Shown piece by piece: positions 17,603 through 22,883 of a stretch of DNA of 22,883 bases. Numbering within the stretch: position 1 is the stretch's first letter; each line of letters starts with the position of its first letter. A program made the position numbers and the translations under genes. The notes under the pieces are model-generated. The model saw only the letters and a program-made list of their open reading frames with translations. It was not told where the DNA came from and did no database searches. The DNA lies in IMG/VR virus record IMGVR_UViG_3300043406_000147. One strand, given 5' to 3'. The stretch is from a virus. Taxonomy: Duplodnaviria; Heunggongvirae; Uroviricota; Caudoviricetes.

Positions 17603-18535
17603 GTGGCATATACATACGCTTTTGACCCGTCTGGGGTTAGTCTGGCCAACAAGGTCACGGGTGAGACGCACGTCCTCACAGCGGTCAACTCAAGGGCTTA
17701 TCACTACATCGTACCGACCTTTGCTCCGTTCTTCGGTGCGGGGTTGGTGGTTGTCTTCAAGGATACAACAAACGCCATTCGTCCTCTGGTTGAGGGCTTG
17801 GATTATTTGCTGAGTTACCAGTTCATTGGGGCGTCACGTGCTACAGCAAAGCCGATCTATGGTGGCATCAGCCTGATCAACACCGAACTCAGTGGCGTGA
17901 TCACACTGAGCTATCAGACACTTGGTGGCGAGTGGACACTCGACACAGCAGCCATCAGTCAGATGCTGAGTGATACACTTCGCAATCCACGAACGACATC
18001 GTGGGAGCAAATCGCTGGTGTGCCGAAAGTATTCCCACCGATCGACCACGCGTGGAATCTGATCGATCTGGTCGGCATGGCCGAAGTGCGCGATGCTTTG
18101 GTGGACATCAGTGACGAAATCGCAAAGTTAGCGAATCGCACTACTGAAGACATTCCTCAACTGTATCAGACCAAGCAACAACTCGGCCTGGCGTTCGTTC
18201 AGAACTACAAGATCGCTACCGATTTAGAAGCAACTGCGGGTGTAAGCTCGACTCGGTACATGACGCCTCGGGCAAGTCGTTTGCTGGCAGAGCGACTCCT
18301 GGCAAGTTACGCTGAACAATATCTCAAGAAGTACAAGTCGAATGTGGCGCCGGCTGCTGGAACCTGGAACCCAGGAGATTATGTTGAGAACACCGCGCCC
18401 ATCGTAGCCACCTGGGTCGGTGGTAAACTGGACGGTGTGAAATACGTCATCAAGGGGTGGAAGCGCATCACGGGCGGGAGTACGAACATCATGGGAACGG
18501 ACTGGGTCGAAGACCGGATCATCACGGTTGCCTGA
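17603..18535 (+). CDS. Virion tail/baseplate-associated fibre-like protein
   Basis: SD AGGAG before GTG 17603. N-terminus 'YAFDPSG...GETH...PFF...GLDY...IYGGI...YQTLGGEW' and 'TTSWEQIAGVPKVFPPIDH' are typical of phiKZ-like fibre anchors. Fibre repeat 'TKQQLGLAFVQNY..AT..EATAG.S.TRYMTP'. C-terminal 'P..GTW.PGD.V.N..P...GW' motif. Confidence 0.65.
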   Translation: MAYTYAFDPSGVSLANKVTGETHVLTAVNSRAYHYIVPTFAPFFGAGLVVVFKDTTNAIRPLVEGLDYLLSYQFIGASRATAKPIYGGISLINTELSGVITLSYQTLGGEWTLDTAAISQMLSDTLRNPRTTSWEQIAGVPKVFPPIDHAWNLIDLVGMAEVRDALVDISDEIAKLANRTTEDIPQLYQTKQQLGLAFVQNYKIATDLEATAGVSSTRYMTPRASRLLAERLLASYAEQYLKKYKSNVAPAAGTWNPGDYVENTAPIVATWVGGKLDGVKYVIKGWKRITGGSTNIMGTDWVEDRIITVA

Positions 18536-18544
18536 TTTATCAGA

Positions 18545-18582
18545 CGGCATAGAAGCCCGGCTTCCGCCGGGCCAATATGCCG
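18545..18582. terminator. Bipartite hairpin between convergent genes
   Basis: CGGCATA-GAA-GCCCGGC-TTCC-GCCGGGC-CAA-TATGCCG: 7 bp, a 3x3 internal loop, then 7 bp. Confidence 0.75.
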
Positions 18583-18588
18583 CACGTT

Positions 18589-19053
18589 TCACGGTACAAT
18601 TTTTGGAGGACCTTGGCTGGCCTCCAGTTGCTTTTTGATTTCAGCGGCTCTCTTGTTGTCTTCTTCCAAGAGAGCTTCTGCAATGCTGAATAACATCATC
18701 ACGTGTTCATGCGGCAGTTTTATAAACTGCGGTAACGTGACGTTGAATTTTTGCCCGATTTCTAGTTTTGCAAACCGCTTGTACAAGTATTGGAAACGTG
18801 AGGACTTTGAGAGGTCTTCAGCATGGTGTATCGCAACACTTGATAGAGGCCGTGCTAGTTCCGGGTTTTTGTTTTGTTGCTCGTTTTCGAATTGCTGAAT
18901 GTGGTCATGAATCCCAAAAGTGACTTCATATGCCTGCCTTAGATATTGCACCCCAGTGAGGTAATCGGTCTTTGGGGCCGATCGCATCACGTTGACCAAG
19001 AACGAGTCTTCGTCAATTTCTACGGGGAAATCCAAGTCAGTCACATGTCTCAA
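18589..19053 (-). CDS. Conserved protein (phiKZ gp76-like position); C-terminus resembles T4 gp51 / tail-chaperone 'T' domain; may be expressed as a frameshift extension of the upstream gene
   Basis: The frame is open from 19173, but there is no ATG with a good SD near the upstream stop (only TTG 19053 or GTG 19044). C-terminal 'KFNVTLPQFIKLPHEHVMMLFSIAEALLEEDNKR'. Confidence 0.65.
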   Translation of the reverse strand: MRHVTDLDFPVEIDEDSFLVNVMRSAPKTDYLTGVQYLRQAYEVTFGIHDHIQQFENEQQNKNPELARPLSSVAIHHAEDLSKSSRFQYLYKRFAKLEIGQKFNVTLPQFIKLPHEHVMMLFSIAEALLEEDNKRAAEIKKQLEASQGPPKIVP

Positions 19054-20672
19054 CCCCGCTTGGCGATCTTCATCAGCTTTTGGGGAGCCAGGGTAAAAAA
19101 AAGCGAGTACACATCCAACGGAAGCAGGCCGGGGAATTTCTTGCCAGGGCCGGCAGATTGCTCTTGATTGCACTTGGGGCAGGTGTAGGTCGGCAGTGCG
19201 ATCAGAGAGATCACGCTGTCTTCCAGGTACTTGCCGACCGCCTTGACGAACGCATCGCGCAGGTCGTCGTTGGCCGACATGTCCGTCAGGATGGCGTTGA
19301 TGGCTGGTCGGGAGGTCACCAGTTCGCCGCCGTAGAGTCGAATGCCTTCGACAAAGTGCGCGTACTGCCGACAGATGCTGGCGTACCCGTGCATCAGCAG
19401 TGACTGGTTTCGCTTGTTCTCGTCCGCCATCATGGCTTTGCCATAGGCTTCCTCGATCTCACTCACCCAGAGCTGGCCAGCGTTGATGTGAGCTTCGACC
19501 GATTCGATCGACAGCATGATCTCGACATCCGGCGAAAGAATCACTGAGCGACGCTGCCCCTTGATGAAGTCTTCCTTGTACGCCTTCACCGCTTCGACGG
19601 AAACCGAGCTGGCACGGCGCTGAGCCATGTGCTTGACTTGTGCCTTGGTGAGTTCGGCGATGTTGGTGAACTGCAGCTTGCTGAGGTCCAGGCGTTCCTT
19701 GACTTCATGGGTGCACTTGGGCTCATCGCCCTTGGGCAGCGCCACACACGAACGGATGTAGTTGAAACCATTCGGCCAGATCGCGCACGCCATGGCCCAG
19801 ATGACCACCGGCAGATCCAGGACGCTGATGTGGTCGCGGATGTTGTCCGTTTCCTTCAGGATCAGGTTCGTGCCTTGGATGTGCTCCACGACGAAGTCCA
19901 TCAGGGTACTCGACGTGTAGCTCGACCAGTTCGAGAGCAGCAGGCCGTACGTTTGACGACCCAGGGTCACCCGGTCACGGGCGATCTGGTTGTAGACCTC
20001 GATCAGGGCGCTTTCTTCAGGAGCGGTCAAGCGCAGCCAGATGCCGCTGTGCCAGAGACCCACTTGGAAAAGACCGCCAAGGCCAAACGCCTTGCGCGCC
20101 ATGATGCGCGCGGTGTTCACGTCCAGCTCTTGCCCTGGTTTGCGGGAGAGCGCCGTCGGTGCTCGGCTAATCAGCTCACCGGCTTCGCTTTGGACAGACT
20201 GGCGGAACATCGCCGTCTCGTCCATGACGGTGCCGTGCAGGGCATTGTCCTTGAGTCCCTTGTTGACGGACTGCATGTGGTTGTCTTTCCAACGCTCGCC
20301 GTTGGCAGCCGCTTCGATGTCCGCCGCCGGGATCTTGCTGAAGACTTCGTCGATGTCGCCGCTGTTGATCGACGGCAGCTGGATCACCTCGGTCCGGTCG
20401 TCGGCGAGTGCCGGGTAAGACCACTGGTGCGTGTCCGAATAGTTTCGAACAAGCCCACTCGGACTCGGGGTCGTCGGGGGTGCGAACTGCGGTGGGATGT
20501 CGTTCCAGTCTTCCTCTTCGAAAAGCTCGACCGGATCAGCCACGACCATCTGAGCAGTGGGTGGAATAGGTGCTGGCTCAACTGCCACGGGTTTGGGTTC
20601 CGAGGCACGCAGCTGTTCGAGCGCTGTGAACTGCTCGCTCGATAGGTTGCCGAAAGTTTGGAAGTCGTCCAT
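19050..20672 (-). CDS. Conserved protein (phiKZ gp77-like position), T4 gp26-like baseplate hub/tail assembly chaperone
   Basis: SD AGGAG 6 nt before ATG 20672. Pro/acidic N-terminal extension. 'DLPVVIWAMACAIWPNG...C...C.....LDL' and C-terminal 'TCPKC...LFF' parallel the recalled T4 gp26 pattern (C-terminal CPxC...FF). Confidence 0.7.
   Translation of the reverse strand: MDDFQTFGNLSSEQFTALEQLRASEPKPVAVEPAPIPPTAQMVVADPVELFEEEDWNDIPPQFAPPTTPSPSGLVRNYSDTHQWSYPALADDRTEVIQLPSINSGDIDEVFSKIPAADIEAAANGERWKDNHMQSVNKGLKDNALHGTVMDETAMFRQSVQSEAGELISRAPTALSRKPGQELDVNTARIMARKAFGLGGLFQVGLWHSGIWLRLTAPEESALIEVYNQIARDRVTLGRQTYGLLLSNWSSYTSSTLMDFVVEHIQGTNLILKETDNIRDHISVLDLPVVIWAMACAIWPNGFNYIRSCVALPKGDEPKCTHEVKERLDLSKLQFTNIAELTKAQVKHMAQRRASSVSVEAVKAYKEDFIKGQRRSVILSPDVEIMLSIESVEAHINAGQLWVSEIEEAYGKAMMADENKRNQSLLMHGYASICRQYAHFVEGIRLYGGELVTSRPAINAILTDMSANDDLRDAFVKAVGKYLEDSVISLIALPTYTCPKCNQEQSAGPGKKFPGLLPLDVYSLFFTLAPQKLMKIAKRG
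19095..19102 (-). other. U8 slippery sequence (U UUU UUU), candidate -1 programmed ribosomal frameshift site
   Basis: Minus-strand TCG CTT TTT TTT ACC in the upstream frame equals GCT TTT TTT TAC in the -1 frame, which is the downstream ORF. Confidence 0.55.
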
Positions 20673-20696
20673 GTGTTTCTCCTGCAATCCGATGGA

Positions 20697-21269
20697 TTAG
20701 GCTTTGTCAGCAGCGGACTTCGAATCGGCCGTGGTGAAGTCGATGTCCGTGACCATTTCAGCAGCAGGCGCTGCAGCGGCGTTCTCGACGATTGCCATGG
20801 CGTTTTCCAGACGGTCCTTGTGCCGGCGCAGTTCTTCTTCAGCACCCAGGGAGTTCATCACAGCAGTGACCGTGTGGGAGATGGTCGTGGTGTAGAACTC
20901 CGCTGCATCGGTGTAGGCACCTTGGGCTTGCAGAACCACCAGTGCATCGCCTTCAGACTTGATCGAACCTTTCTTGCCGGCGTGGATGTCATGGATTTCA
21001 CTGAGACGACCAGCATGCGCAGCGAGATCACGGGTGAGCAGCTCGACATCATGGATGAGCTTTTCAGGCTCTTTGATCAAGCTGTAGGCCACCGGATCAG
21101 AGGCTGCGGCCTCCAGCAGGTCGACGACGACTGCCTGGACGCTCGTGATGCCTTCCATGGAAACGGTGTACGTGTCTTCCAGCTTGTCCCACAGTCGGTT
21201 GTTGCGACGTTCTTCGGCAGCCTTGGCGGCCTGACGAACACGAAGACTCATTTTGCTATTGACGGGCAT
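20697..21269 (-). CDS. Conserved hypothetical helical protein (190 aa)
   Basis: SD AGGAG 8 nt before ATG 21269. Co-directional with and directly upstream of the gp26-like gene. Confidence 0.75.
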   Translation of the reverse strand: MPVNSKMSLRVRQAAKAAEERRNNRLWDKLEDTYTVSMEGITSVQAVVVDLLEAAASDPVAYSLIKEPEKLIHDVELLTRDLAAHAGRLSEIHDIHAGKKGSIKSEGDALVVLQAQGAYTDAAEFYTTTISHTVTAVMNSLGAEEELRRHKDRLENAMAIVENAAAAPAAEMVTDIDFTTADSKSAADKA

Positions 21270-21391
21270 CGAAAAAGCTCCTGGAATGTTTTGACTAGAT
21301 CAGCAGCTGGATTAGTGCTGACAAGGGGTGGCGATGTGTGCACATTATGCATTGTCGTTATTCTTTTTTTACCCATTTAGGAGAGAACTAC

Positions 21392-22252
21392 ATGCTTGAA
21401 TACGCAGAAATGCGAAATCACATCCAAGCCGTACAGGGCGACGATACGATCGAACTCTTCGATGAAGCCATCAAAGTGTTTGATCTCTATCAAACACCAG
21501 GCTACATGGAGATCTTCGAGACGACTTTCGCAAACCTGGTTGACCCTTCGGATGTCGAAGTCATTCTAGCTTGGCAGAAGAATCTGCGTGAGATCCTGAC
21601 ATCGCTGATGAATTACCAGGGCGTGGTTCTGGTTGATGACATTTTGATCAGTGACCTTTTGGAAATTGCACGGGCCAGTTTCGAGTTCATTTTCAACGAA
21701 GACAAGCAAACTCTGTTTCGTCAAATCGAGTCAATCGAAAACGAGTCTGAGTTGTACGCCGAGATTATCTCAAACAACTCTTCACTTGGGGTAGAGTTCG
21801 TCTTATCCCAGCTCCTGAGTGTTCCTGATAATTTGGGTGGGATCATCAAGGGGCGATTGTTGGAGTTGCAAGAAGAGCAAACGCATGCCAAGGAACTGGC
21901 GAAAATACTGAAGAGGTATGCTGCGTTCAAGAAAACAACGCATGGTCAGACCTACCTGTTTGCTGATCAGCTGATCAATAACCCGCGCGTTCTGGGTCTG
22001 CCGATGGAGAACTATGTTTCAATGTTTCTCGCAGGCCAACATCGCCCATCTGAGACAGATCAAGAAACATACAAGCGAGTCTCAAAAGAGTTGTTTGCTC
22101 TGGCATGCCTGAGCTGTGATGGTTTTTCAAACCCAGTGCACTGCGTACGGCAATTCGTATCGCAGGTCTATAGCGACGTACAGGCATGTACAGTCGTCAT
22201 CACACAACTGAACGGTTTCAATTCCGAGATGCTCAATCATGAACAAGTATGA
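21392..22252 (+). CDS. Conserved hypothetical/virion protein (phiKZ gp79-like position)
   Basis: SD TAGGAG 8 nt before ATG 21392 (better than ORF-track start 21338). Acidic helical protein overlapping the next gene by 14 nt. Confidence 0.7.
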   Translation: MLEYAEMRNHIQAVQGDDTIELFDEAIKVFDLYQTPGYMEIFETTFANLVDPSDVEVILAWQKNLREILTSLMNYQGVVLVDDILISDLLEIARASFEFIFNEDKQTLFRQIESIENESELYAEIISNNSSLGVEFVLSQLLSVPDNLGGIIKGRLLELQEEQTHAKELAKILKRYAAFKKTTHGQTYLFADQLINNPRVLGLPMENYVSMFLAGQHRPSETDQETYKRVSKELFALACLSCDGFSNPVHCVRQFVSQVYSDVQACTVVITQLNGFNSEMLNHEQV

Positions 22253-22883
22253 CCTTTTCACGAAAGCGATGCAGGCTGGTCTTTTCAACAAACTAGACTG
22301 GCTGGTCAGCGGATTTGCTCTGAGTCGAGACAACAACGACGCTGAGCACTACAGCTGGAAAATCACCAGCACTCCGATCGGCTACACCACTGTTGACGAT
22401 CAAGGCGGGGTGCATCAAATCGATGACTCTTTACCTGGTGTGCCTGTTTTCAGGTTCAAGGAAAAAGTGATCGTGAAGGTGGGGGATATCCCAAACTGCG
22501 TACAAGATACTGAGACCACGTACGGCGAGATCCTGGTGAATTGGATTTTGCTCGTGCAGTGTTTTGGCAGCAAGATCCCCTACATCGCCGGGGCGCTTAA
22601 GATCTCCAAGATCGAGAACATCATTGTTTCGAAGTTCGAGGCTACTCCTGCAAAAATCGAGGATAAGAAAGCAGACACTTTCTACGTCGATGAATACCTC
22701 AAGTTTGGTAAGGCATGTTTCAGTCTGACATCCCTGATGAAACTCTCGGTATGGGCGCTGACAGAGAAGAACATGTTGCCCCCTGAAGGACTTAAAGAGT
22801 ACAAAGCAAAGCTTCTCAAGGAAAATGCTGGGCATTTGGACGACCCTCGTGTCATCTCTAAGATCAGCTCACAGCTGGTGGAG
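22239..22883 (+). CDS. Virion RNA polymerase beta'-like subunit (phiKZ gp80-like), 3'-truncated; not in ORF track
   Basis: Open from ATG 22239 to the window end (215 codons): MNKYDLFTKAMQAGLFNKLDWLVSGF...TTYGEILVNW...FGSKIPY...YVDEYLKF...PPEGLKEYKAKLLKENAGHLDDPRVISKI, matching the recalled gp80-family N-terminus. Confidence 0.75.
   Translation, partial: MNKYDLFTKAMQAGLFNKLDWLVSGFALSRDNNDAEHYSWKITSTPIGYTTVDDQGGVHQIDDSLPGVPVFRFKEKVIVKVGDIPNCVQDTETTYGEILVNWILLVQCFGSKIPYIAGALKISKIENIIVSKFEATPAKIEDKKADTFYVDEYLKFGKACFSLTSLMKLSVWALTEKNMLPPEGLKEYKAKLLKENAGHLDDPRVISKISSQLVE

Noticed and set aside
19629-21380. ORFs 19629-20645 (+, 338 aa) and 20658-21380 (ORF track, 240 aa)
   Set aside because: They overlap well-supported genes that have SDs and conserved motifs, and their composition is typical of off-frame or antisense reading.
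1-22883. CRISPR array, tRNA, rRNA or IS element
   Set aside because: No regularly spaced direct repeats, cloverleafs or transposase motifs were seen. The duplicated palindrome has only two copies 11.9 kb apart.

Overview
This is a fragment of a phiKZ-like (nucleus-forming, Chimalliviridae-type) jumbo phage genome, not a bacterial chromosome. The left third (1-10765) is the core transcription block: a 5'-truncated gp68-like non-virion RNA polymerase (nvRNAP) specificity subunit, a PicA/Imp1 (gp69)-like nuclear import factor, a gp70-like protein with a long Pro/Ala/Gly-Trp tail, split RNAP beta and beta' C-terminal subunits, and an SF2 helicase. The middle has a small translationally coupled accessory operon (zincin peptidase, an unannotated 40-aa hydrophobic ORF, two small proteins), then SbcC/Rad50 and a tail module (central spike, PAAR, two virion proteins). 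The right end has a T4 gp26/gp51-like gene pair joined by a U8 slippery site (candidate -1 frameshift), two conserved hypotheticals and the start of a virion RNAP beta'-like gene. Intergenic hairpins share a TATGCYGYAC(N)TTTC-like motif, and one 33-nt palindrome occurs twice identically. phiKZ/T4 gene numbers come from remembered motifs and synteny, not from database searches.
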